DNA of 64,000 bases from Octopus vulgaris (taxonomy: Eukaryota). The position numbers and the translations under genes are program-made. The DNA lies in NCBI GenBank assembly GCA_951406725.2, contig OX597837.1:44640001-44704000 (forward strand), read 5' to 3'. Each line of letters begins with the position of its first letter. Position 1 is the stretch's first letter. Below the pieces are notes generated by a model. The model searched no databases and was not told the DNA's origin. It saw only the letters and a list, made by a program, of their open reading frames with translations. Shown piece after piece: positions 53,154 to 64,000 of the stretch.

Positions 53154-53370
53154 TATACGACATTCGAAGGTTGTCTGTACTGATCTCAAACCTCTCTGCC
53201 TCCTTCATATCTTCTGAGGAGATTTGCAGTTGATGTCGGTATCTTGTGGGTTTTAATGTCTATGGGGTGGATTTTCTTATACAGACCAATCAAGTATCCG
53301 AGATGTTGGAATCGGCACTGGTGCTGCCAGAGCCTTGTGAGACATTATCCTGCTGTAAGAGGAAAATTCC
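51519..53370 (-). mobile_element. R4/Dong-like RLE non-LTR retrotransposon 3' remnant, interrupted by SINEs and an HHR-bearing fragment
   Basis: Minus-strand pieces: HGYLSR, KCRVCHISVEELTRVISS, MRHDVVAKTIY, EYWWNISIKT..HNGLDIVIWDR, CPAYVNISLKIKVKEVSYGQL..FIPSIIGTL. Confidence 0.75.
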
Positions 53371-53441
53371 AAATGTTATATTTTTGTACGTACACATAAA
53401 TGTATGTATGTATGTATAATTTTATCGTTTGTTTCTTTCAG

Positions 53442-53603
53442 GATAACGGTTATCCGAGTAGCCGGGTGGCGTTCACGACATTAGCCATCCGTATAACCGA
53501 TGCTGATGATCAAGGACCTGCTTTCGTCTACCCGAAATGTCCCTTGGCTAATAACTTTTGCATCACTCCGGCCTACATTGCTTACGTACAAAGTAATAGT
53601 ACA
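53442..53603 (+). CDS. cadherin exon 8 (EC2-EC3)
   Basis: tttcag/GTAAGT; DNGYPSSRVAFTTLAIRITDADDQGPAFVYPKCPLANNFCITPAYIAYVQSNST. Confidence 0.95.
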
Positions 53604-53919
53604 GTAAGTACAACTCTTGTTGGTTTTGTATTGTGATTTTTTTCCCTATGGGGCTTTGTGAAATTAAAAAAGTACCAGTTGAGTACTGGGGTCGATGTAA
53701 TCGATCCACAAAAAGCTGCTGGCCTCGTGCCAAAATTTGAAATCAGTATAATTGTGATAATTAACGCATGGTCGATTCAGAAATATAATGGCTTATCGTT
53801 CCGCATTCAAATCTCACCGAAGGGCAGCTTTTAATATTTATTTTTATTTCTACAACATTTCCCAATAATATGGTATCATAGATGAAGACATAAAGTTATT
53901 TTTTTTCATTTTTCCACAG

Positions 53920-54004
53920 GGTACTCTGCACGTTTATCCGGGTTCAATTCAAGCCGAGGACAAAGATGTCGTTAAAAATAACATCCTTTACAGCATAATG
54001 GAAG
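53920..54004 (+). CDS. cadherin exon 9 (EC3)
   Basis: ccacag/GTACGC, phase 0-1; GTLHVYPGSIQAEDKDVVKNNILYSIME. Confidence 0.93.
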
Positions 54005-54891
54005 GTACGCCAGAGTTGGTTTCTCTTTGTTTTGATATTGTTGTTGTTGTTGTTTAACCCTGAGACAATTATCGAGCTGATCTATTATCAATAATATTTT
54101 CACCATGACCTTATGGCTGTGTGTAGGGTTCCTCGATTGGCCTTACATTGCGGTCATACTCTCCCGATATTTTCCGCTTTATCTTACAGGCCATGCTCTG
54201 ATATGATTTCGTTCGTTTTCAATGCAAACCATCAAATATATGCTGTCTTTATAATGCTCTTGTAGCAAATAATCCTTTTTACTGAAATTTTGGGGGAGGG
54301 CCCAGTCGATTACATCGACCCCAGTGTTTCACTGGTGCTTAATTTATAGACCTCGAAAGGATGAAAGGCAAAGTCTACCTCGCGAAATTTGAACTCAGAA
54401 CGTAACGGCAGCCGAAATAGCGTTAAGCATTTCACCCGGTGTTGCTAACGATTCTGCCAGCTCACTATATTTCTTGTAGCAAATAATAATGAAGATGTTG
54501 GTTTCACATTTTGGCACAAGGACATCAATTCCGTGAGAGGCGCGAGTCGTTTGCATCGACTCCTAGAACTCAGCTGGTATTTATTTTATCGACTCCGAAA
54601 GGATGAAAGGCAAAGTCGACCTCCGCAGAATTTAAACTCAGAAAGAAAAGACGGAAGAAATGCTGCTAAGCAATTTGTTCGACGCGCTAATGATTCTGCT
54701 AGCACGCTGTCTTAAACATTCTTGTTTATAAGAATTAGGGAAGGAAGGAAGGGCAGTCATTTTCACGTTAATTTCACGAGCCGGCTGTTCTCTTGACCGG
54801 ATCAACTGGATCCCCAATCGTCGTAATCGACGGAGTACCACTTGTGTTGATTGAATTTTCTCTAATCTTTCGCCTTAATTTCATATTCTAG

Positions 54892-54998
54892 TCCTGCCTC
54901 CGCGTTACACACAATATTTCTGGATAAACTCAAGAACTGGGCAAATAACGCAGCTGCGAAACATCCAAGGAAGTCATAATGTCAGTCTTGCCATCAAT
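54892..54998 (+). CDS. cadherin exon 10 (EC3)
   Basis: ttctag/GTGAGT, phase 1-0; VLPPRYTQYFWINSRTGQITQLRNIQGSHNVSLAIN. Confidence 0.92.
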
Positions 54999-55379
54999 GT
55001 GAGTATCAGCGTATTTTCCAACGTTAAAACCGTCATTTCATCGAGAACTCCAGAGCTGTGTGTGTGTGACTGTCTGTCTGTCTGTGTCTCTGTGTAATCC
55101 TCTTTCACGTTCCTTGCAATAACATCATTATTAGCATCATTGTTATCGTCGCTATCATCATTTCTATTCTCTCTCTTTTACTTGTTTCAGTCATTTGACT
55201 GCGGCCATGCTGGAGCACCGCCTTTAGTTGAGCAAATCGACCCCGGGACTTATTCTTTGTAAGCCCAGTACTTATTCTATTGGTCTCTTTTGCCGAACCG
55301 CTAAGTGACGGGGACGTAAACACACCAGCATCGGTTGTCAAGCAATGCTAGGGGGACAAACACAAACACACACACACAC

Positions 55380-55441
<62 letters not shown>

Positions 55442-56421
55442 GACGGGCTTCTTTCAGTTTCCGTCTACCAAATCCACTCACAAGGCATTGGTTGGCCCGG
55501 GGCTATAGCAGAAGACACTTGCCCAAGATGCCACGCAGTGGGACTGAACCCAGAACCATGTAGTTGGTTAGCAAGCTACTTACCACACAGCCACTCCTGC
55601 ACACAAAACAGCATATAATAGAATGCTGTTTGCACGGCTGGGATATATATATTAAGGCAAGCAGCCCAGCATGCTTTGTATTTTCCACTGCGAATACTGA
55701 GGAGGTAAAGCCACTGTATTACGACAAATAGCTTATTGCTTGCGTAATAATGACAATCGTTTTCCTGAAACACGTGCATGCTTTATATCAAATAAAATAT
55801 CAATTACATTTTCTATGTTTATTATTACTATCATACAAAGTGGCCCAAATTCTATTGGGAGGATCGGTGACCTTTGTCTTACTGCGCTGTGTATATGAGT
55901 AGTGTGTAAGACTTTCTACTGAGCCCAAAAACCTTACGAACGTTTTATTAATTGTAGAGCGTAGCTTATTCGCCCAAAAAGATTTGTAAAACTATGGATA
56001 CATTTCTTAAAGTCTTTCAACATTATATTTAATATTAGAATATTGTTCTTTAATATTAGGCAAAGGACTGAGACCAGACTGCTTGTTGCCCACACACGCA
56101 AAAGAAAATTGATGGGCCACAACGATATATAAATACCTAAACACTTCTGCCGTGAAAAATGAGAGCTTTTTAATTATACCAATTTTTTTTTTACGGATCC
56201 AGTGAATAAGTTAACGAATGCTATAAAAATCTAATTAAAATAACGATACTATATTTACAAATATCTTACAATATTATTGAAAAACAGTGACAGATTTACG
56301 TGTAGTTATCTTTGATTCATTAAGTACTTTTATCACAGAATTCATAGTAAAACCACGAATTCCATAAAGGCTTTTGTGTTGTCCATCATTATTTATCTGT
56401 ATATTACAATTATTTTTGTCC

Positions 56422-56455
<34 letters not shown>

Positions 56456-56571
56456 TGCTTATATGTATGTACGTATGTACACATATATAAGCTTTTCATA
56501 CACCCTACTTATCTATGTCTCTGTACACACACACACACACATATGTAATGCAAATATTCATTGTTTTCCAG

Positions 56572-57399
56572 GCAGAAGAGATTTCGCAGCGCAGAAGGGC
56601 AATATCCTGCACTTTACTAGTTTTGGTCGACCAGGACGATAGGAATTTCAAGGACATACCTTCACAAGTTATAAGGAAAAACGCGAAGATACCCAAAGAC
56701 GTCCAACCAGTCAACGGCTTTTCATGGACTGAAGGCAGCGTTTCCATGGTGATATTTTTCATTGTTATTGGCGGGCTTTTAATCCTGCTCGTGGCAATGA
56801 CGGCTGCGTTTTTGGTCGCTTACACCGCTCGCAAACCAAACCGTAGTGCAAACGTATCGTTCGATGATTGTAGTTCAAACAGTACTTCAGGTACCTCTTT
56901 GGGCAGCCGAGACAATATTTCTAGCAGCGAGGTGAGTTCGACGAGAGGGTCAGTAAACGGTGACAAAATTGATATCGGCAGTCGGGAGGAACTTGATACG
57001 ACCATCGATGTTGAAGGTTTCGGTATGGGTTTGTCTGCAGCAGATGTCTCTCTCGGCAGTTTGGACGCTTGTGGTTTGACTGCAACCGCAGCAGGAAATG
57101 AGGCTGGATGTAAAGTTGAAGCCGTTGAACCAATGTTCCGCCTAGCAAGGGAACAGGACTATTTCTCGTCAGCTTGCGTTTTGCCTGGGCTAACGGATCT
57201 TAGGGCCGACACTGGAAGTTTTGACAATGCTAAGAAGTGCAGTAAATACATTAAGAAGAAGAAAGGAAAACGGTCTTTGAGAATATTAGACATGTTCTCC
57301 TCTACGAGTAAAAAGACATCAACACTTAAAAACAATAGTCGAAGGTTCAATTTCGGCATTGAAAATAACTGGCTCGATCTTCCATACAACTTTGATTAA
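56572..57399 (+). CDS. cadherin exon 11 (EC3 end, TM, Ser-rich cytoplasmic tail, stop)
   Basis: ttccag acceptor, phase 0; AEEISQRRRAISCTLLVLV...VIFFIVIGGLLILLVAMTAAFLVAY (TM)...WLDLPYNFD*. The 11 exons sum to 1845 nt (614 aa plus stop). Confidence 0.93.
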   Translation, partial: AEEISQRRRAISCTLLVLVDQDDRNFKDIPSQVIRKNAKIPKDVQPVNGFSWTEGSVSMVIFFIVIGGLLILLVAMTAAFLVAYTARKPNRSANVSFDDCSSNSTSGTSLGSRDNISSSEVSSTRGSVNGDKIDIGSREELDTTIDVEGFGMGLSAADVSLGSLDACGLTATAAGNEAGCKVEAVEPMFRLAREQDYFSSACVLPGLTDLRADTGSFDNAKKCSKYIKKKKGKRSLRILDMFSSTSKKTSTLKNNSRRFNFGIENNWLDLPYNFD

Positions 57400-57859
57400 C
57401 TTAAATACAACTCAGGATGTGTGTGTGTGTGTGTGTATGAATAAGTGTGTGTGAGTACGTGTATGAATGTATGTGCGCAAATCATTTATCATGCTGGCAT
57501 GATTATTGTACATAATTTTTTTTTATACTTACACATTTCTCCTCCAACTACACACACAAATATATAACTAGGTTTGACGATAACAGCAGAATATTTGCTG
57601 ATGGAGTGACTCAATACTGAAAGTAGAGTAAAGTTTATTGTAAAGATAAAGTTGAATGGGACCTCAGGTTTCCCCTAACTGCTTGTGCAACCAGTCGCTA
57701 GGTAAAACTTGTCCCGGCCAACTTGGATTTCACAATATGTAAATATGTTTGCCTAATCTTTCATTCCCCACCATTCATTGTGTTTAATTCTTACCAATAT
57801 ATACACACAGCTCCGGTGTCAGCCTGTAGTTCTATTCCATAGTATATGATAGTACTAAG

Positions 57860-58260
57860 TAAGTGTAGTACTTACTTATTTACTCATTTACTTACGCCCT
57901 TCGCTACCTATGAAGCATAGGCCATCGATGTCTTTTCTCCACCATTCTCGACTTTGGTCTGTCTTTTTTGGCTTCTGTCCATTTGGATCCCTATTTCCTT
58001 GCAGCTTCTTTCGGATTTTGCTGCACCGCATCATGTTTCCCTGAGAGAAGACCTTTCTCTCCCAGATCTTATCATTTTTGAATTGTCACTGATGCTACTC
58101 CAACTTTATCTTTGAGAAGAGGAATTACCTATTAGCCTGGCCTGTATCCTTTGACCTGTGCAGCATGCGACGCCTTGCCAAGACCTGGCGTTCCACTGGC
58201 ATAACTCCCAGATCATTGAGATTCACGAGTGACCACACCGCAAGGACTGGACCTTGAGGT
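57860..58260 (-). mobile_element. RTE-derived non-autonomous element remnant
   Basis: (TAAG)n-like tail near 57870; GC-richer head resembling RTE 5' UTRs by recall. Confidence 0.4.
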
Positions 58261-58817
58261 GTAGATGCAGTATTCAGTAATTTTACGTTCTGCGTTCAAT
58301 TAGTACCGAGGTCGTCTATGGCTTTCATTCCTTCAGAGTCTACGAAATCAAGTCCATTAACTCAACACTAATCAATCCCACAGTAATGAAAATATATGTG
58401 ACCATTTTGCCAATGTTAGAACCCAGTGTCCCTTTCATGTGGTGAAGCATAATTACCAAATACAGCACCAGTTCTTAGTTACTGAGATCAATAACTCCCT
58501 TGTAAATATATTTTCCATTTTTCTTTAAACAATTTATAAGGGGCCGTTGATGTGTAAAAGTCACACACCCACCATGGTTCCCGTAGCAGGTCTACGAATG
58601 TAAATATCGTTTTATTTGTTTTAGTCGTTAGACTATGGCCATGCTGTGGCACCGCCTTGAAGAATTTTTTAGTCGAATGAATCAACCCCAGTACCATTTT
58701 TTAAAGCCTACCACTTATTCTATCAACCTCTTTTAACGAATCTCTGAGTTTCGGAAACGTAAACACACCAACACCGGTTGTCAAACGGTGCTAGGAGACA
58801 ATCACAGACACACACGC

Positions 58818-58852
<35 letters not shown>

Positions 58853-58881
58853 AGTGTTGTGTGTGTGTGTGTGTGTGAGTG

Positions 58882-58926
<45 letters not shown>

Positions 58927-60278
58927 CGTGTGTGTGTGTGTTGTGTGTGTGTGTACGACGGGCTTGTTTCAGTTTCCGTCTTCCAAATTAACTCGCAAGG
59001 GTTTGGTCGGCCTGCTGCTATAATAGAAGACTCTTGCCTAAGGTGCTACATACTGGAACTGAACACACAGCCACGCCTGAGCCTATATATATATGAGTGT
59101 GTGTGTGTGTGTGCATGAATATATATATATATATATGTATATAACATATGTTTGATAACGCTGATACAAGCGTGTTATAGATATTCATGGAATAGTCTTC
59201 AGATAAATGAGAACTTAAATCACAATCCTAACGGATCCATAGAAATTTGTGTTATTCCATATACCTACAACATAAGTGTCTTTTCCATGTAACGGAAGTG
59301 ATTACGGCGTAAGCCATGGTTCACCGAAACAGCTGGCAAGATAAGACTATTACATAATTTCTATTATTACTATTTTTTTGCATTTTCTTTTCTGTATTCA
59401 GTATTCTGAATGCCATGTAAATATACTCAAAACATACTCATTAAGCCTACTTGTGCTTATCTGCCCCTCTGTTATGTATGTGTGTGTGTATTTGAAAAAT
59501 GAGATTTTGTCGAGGTAGATCGTGTGAGTCGGTTTCATTTCCCACTTGCAGCAAATTTTTTTGCTGTTATTTATCCCCCGGCTGACATTCAAAGGCATTT
59601 CACCTTTGACAATCCTGTCTTTTTTCCCCCTCATAAGCAGGAATATATGTAAGTCATCTTGATTGTCCAACGTACTCAGTCTTAACAAAACAGCAGTATT
59701 TTGTGATTTGAGGGTGGTTTAGCTGGTATTCTAGAAGCTTGAGAGAGCACATAAGAAGTTCCCTCCGTCGTTAGGTCATAGATATTTCACTACTCCCTCC
59801 CATCTTAAGTAAAAAAAAAAACAACAAACAAACAAAAACATGGTACATTGGACAAGGTATTCCGTGTGTATTCAATGCCTGATAAAAAAAACCCCGAGAT
59901 GGTCACGGTTGAGCATAGATCAACTTGACAAAGTTGACCTGATTCTCATGAATACTAACAGGACACGTTGGATATACGGGACTGTGTTTAGACTGTCCAA
60001 TCACAAGTCTGCTGACCTGGTGCTAAACGAGTAACAATACTAACAAGTATCAATGAGCCAATGAAGGTGCCCTTACAAGGTCATTCGATTTGCTAGAAGC
60101 AGTAGCCAAATCTACCTCAAAATCAGGAAGAACACACTAAATAATGTAATCTTTACTTAACCCTAAAAAGAAGTGAAAGTCACGGTTGGCATGCCGTTAA
60201 CCATAGGTCTGCTTGATTAGGCTTAACTCAGAGCAAAACGTCAACAATTCATAAATTGTAAATATGGATGTATGTGTA

Positions 60279-60332
<54 letters not shown>

Positions 60333-60857
60333 AGAATGAAGTCTAGTTTTATCCTTGAATCATTTGTAAATATTTCATACAATAAAAACAATAAATATTT
60401 CATATTTTGTTGTCATTTTTTGTTACAATTTTTTGGTTTGTTTGTTTGTTACATACTTTTTCATTCATGTATAAATATGAAAGTCTCGTGCCAGTTAAAT
60501 AGTTGAGGCGTTTGCTTCTCAACCAGATGGTCTATAATGGAATCCCACTGCACAACATTTTGTAAGAGGGCCTTCCTCCTACCAGAAGTTTGTAGTTGAA
60601 GAATACTTTGTGAAATTTGATAGACAGAAACTGTGTGAAGATCCATCATGCACACGCACACACACACACACACACACAGAGGCACGCACACACACACCAC
60701 TACCACTGCCATCATTTAACGTTTCTGTTTCCCAAACAACCAACACATATTGTCCATGGAAGTTGGGAAATGAACAAACTCGCTTGTATGATGATGATGA
60801 TGATGCTCATTCACGACCATCATGTGATATCTAGACAAAGGTACACACAAACATACA

Positions 60858-60888
<31 letters not shown>

Positions 60889-60912
60889 TATGCATGCACA
60901 CATATGCACATG

Positions 60913-60943
<31 letters not shown>

Positions 60944-60954
60944 GCATACATATC

Positions 60955-61212
60955 TCGAGTGGCTTCCGTGCCGGTGGCACGTAAAATGCACCAATCCGAC
61001 CGTGGCCAGCCTCGCCTGGCACCTGTGCGGGTGGCACGTAAAAAGCACCCACTACACTCACGGAGTGGTTGGCGTTAGGAAGGGCATCCAGCTGTAGAAA
61101 CATTGCCAGATAAGACTGGAGCCTGGTGCAGCCTTCTGGCTTCCAAGATCCCCGGTCGAACCGTCCAACCCATGCTAGCATGGAGAACAGACGTTAAACG
61201 ATGATGATGATG
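60955..61212 (+). mobile_element. SINE with RTE-like/Ceph-domain-like body and (GAT)n tail (3' fragment at 7290-7362)
   Basis: gttggcgttaggaagggcatccagctgtagaaac...gaaccgtccaacccatgctagcatgg...aaacgatgatgatg. Confidence 0.65.
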
Positions 61213-63167
61213 TAATTAGTGGGTTTCTCTCAGTTTCCTTCTGTCAAATCCACTCATAAGCTTTGGTTGGCTCAATGTAGGAAGGAATTACAACCGTGTT
61301 TCGTGGTCTGCTACCACAACAGCTCCTTTATAGGATCCAGTTAGCTCAAGACATCATCAGGAGGAACCACATCCGGTTTCGGCCCCTACTCCTCTACCGT
61401 TTTGACGTGGCACCCACCCCTTTTCAGAGGTGTCTTCAGCTCTGTTGTTGGGTGCATGTCTTCTTTCTTCTGTTCCCTGGTCTCTTCGATGTAGCGTCAA
61501 CAAGTGTCAGCGGGTGACTGAGTGACTTGGTCAAATTTTTTCCCTTTAAATACCTGCTGTTAGGCTCCAGCAGGCAGCCCCAGCAAGTTGTCACGTGACA
61601 CTGTCTCACCTAGTAGAAGACTCTTGCACAAGATGCTGTTCAGTGGAACTGAACCCAAGAACGCATGGTTGGGAAGCATGCTTCTTCACCTCACAGCCAT
61701 GCCTGCATTTTGCCAAAAAAAACAAAAAAGACCAAAAGATAAAAACAAAAAAGGAAAAAAAAACTAAATAAGTCCATTATATTACTAAAAACGATACTTT
61801 AATTAATTTTCCATATTTCATCATTTTGTTTTTTTTTTTTTAGGTATTCTTTTCCAGTTGTACCAGGGTGTGATTGTGTTTTAGTATTTCATTTCAGTTT
61901 TCAAATATACAGCTAATAATATATCAACAAAATTCTTTAAACTCCCAAGTCACCTTCATGTCAAATTTGCCCCCTCAAAACAAAAACAAGGCTTCTCCTC
62001 CAACAAACCCAAATTTGAACACAATTGGCTTATTATGTTATTCTGTGCATCTACAGTCTTTAATATTCACAGGTGTTCACAGGTGAGTCAGTTAATTAGC
62101 CTTGTTGACTGACATAGAGAAAAAGAAAAAGGAAGAACTAAAACAAAAGAAAATTCTATCGATAGAAGGCATTGATGGCACGAGCAATGATAAGGCGTCG
62201 GACTTCACTGGTGCCAGCACCGATTTCATAGAGTTTTGCATCACGAGTAATTCTTCCAACAGGGTAATCATTTATGTAACCATTTCCACCTGGAATTGAG
62301 AATAGCAAGAATGGTAAGAGAAGGCAAATACTGAAGACCCAGGTTACATCACACTCAAATTAAACCCACAATATTTTCCACATTAAACTGTAGCTATTTC
62401 AAATAGGGTGACATACATCTAACACTTAAAGGAAGTCTCTGAACAGTTATAAATAATTACAACTGTAGACATTTCAGTATATTTAATTTCTTTATTGCCC
62501 ACAGAGGGCTAAACATAGAAAGGACAAACAAGGACAGAAAAAGGGATTAAGTCAATTACTAGTGTGCAACTGGTACTTATTTAATCAACTCCGAAAGGAT
62601 GAAAGGCAAAGTTGACCTCGGTAGAATTTGAACTCAGAACGTAACAGCAGACGAAATACTCATTTCTTTACTAGCCACAAGGGGCTAAACACAGAGGGGA
62701 CAAACAAGGACAGGCAAAGGGATTAAGTCGATTATATCAACCCCAGTGCGTAACTGGTACTTAATTTATCGACCCCGAAAGGATGAAAGGCAAAGTCAAC
62801 CTCGGTGGAATTTGAACTCAGAACGTAACGGCAGACGAAATATTGCTAAGCATTTCGCCCGACGTGCTAACGATTCTGCCAGCTTGCTGCCCTATAGTTT
62901 ATTGTTTCTCCTCTCTCTCTCTCTTTCTGACTCTCTTTCTTTCTCTCACTCTAGTGAGAAAAGGGGCTTACTCACCAAGGATTTGAATAGCGTCCAAACC
63001 AACTTTTGTTGCTGCTTCAGCTACGTAGAGTATAGCACCTGCACAATCCTGATAAGATAGAATAAATATGTCTAAATATGGAAGAGACTTGTGATGGATG
63101 CATGCATGTATGGACAGATGGGCAGAGAGAGAGAGTGAGAGAGAGAGAGAGAAAGAGAAAGAAAGAC

Positions 63168-63202
<35 letters not shown>

Positions 63203-63264
63203 GAGAGACAGAGAGACAGACACAGACAGATAGATAGATAGAGTACAAGTATAGACATGTCAAG

Positions 63265-63680
63265 GTAGCCCAAAATTGTCACTGGCTCCTGTGCCAGAAG
63301 TAGGAATACAAAGTAATGGCTGCTTGGTACCAACATACACCAGGAAAAGTAATAGATAAAAATGGGGACGTTAAAATCCTCTGGGACCTTTGACTTCCAG
63401 ACAGACAAAGTGTTAGGGCACTGAAGGTTGGATACAGTAACCTTTTGGAAGGACAAGCAAGAATGCCCAATAATCAACATGGCAGTGCCAGGAGATCAAA
63501 ATATTATTATCATGAAAGAAAGAGAAAAAGTTGACAAACATGGAATCCTAAGAATTTTGGATCATGAAGATGTGGCAGCGATGAGATTCGAACATGAAAG
63601 CTGTCCCTGTTGTCATCAGAGCATTGGGTTCAATACTACCCAACCTTAAGAAACTTCTGGAAACTTTAGAAATACTCTAC
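63265..63680 (+). mobile_element. R4/Dong-like RLE domain remnant
   Basis: HWLLCQK..WYQHTPGKVI..VKILWD..QTDKVL..INMAVPGD..KEREKVDK, with frameshifts. Confidence 0.7.
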
Positions 63681-64000
63681 TGTATAGGCGTAGGAGTGGC
63701 TGTGTGGTAAGTGGTGGAAGCACTCCGTCGGTTACGACGACGAGGGTTCCGGTTGATCTGAATCAACGGAACAGCCTGCACGTGAAATTAACGTGTAAGT
63801 GGCTGAGCACTCCACAGACACGTGTACCCTTAACGTAGTTCTCGGGGATATTCAGCGTGACACAGAGAGTGACAAGGCCGGCCCTTTGAAATACAGGTAC
63901 AACAGAAACAGGAAGTAAGAGTGAGAGAAAGTTGTGGTGAAAGAGTACAGCAGGGATCACCACCATCCCCTGCCGGAGCCTCGTGGGGCTTTTAGATGTT

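Overview
Eukaryotic, AT-rich window full of microsatellites and SINEs. The repeat families suggest a coleoid cephalopod, probably Octopus (inference). Almost all long ORFs in the supplied track are microsatellite or SINE artefacts. I assembled two spliced + strand genes by hand, with phase-consistent GT-AG introns. (1) A 13-exon, 854-aa ionotropic glutamate receptor (iGluR)-family gene at 121-18746. It has ATD, S1, M1-M3, S2 and M4, but a non-canonical ligand pocket, pore tip and gate. (2) An 11-coding-exon, 614-aa single-pass cadherin at 38978-57399, with only three EC repeats of the PCDH15/CDHR5 type. Around these genes lie decayed Tc1, mariner, pogo, Chapaev-like and R4/Dong-like transposon remnants, MITEs and several tRNA-derived SINE families. 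The most striking unexplained signal is about a dozen type I hammerhead-ribozyme (HHR)-like motifs. Their stems are largely unrelated, but most have a self-complementary helix-III loop. They sit in fragments beside (TA)n tracts and fold-back repeats, as expected for Penelope-like element (PLE) or retrozyme termini, and several are sense to the host genes. All alignments were made by eye; no database search or folding program was run.
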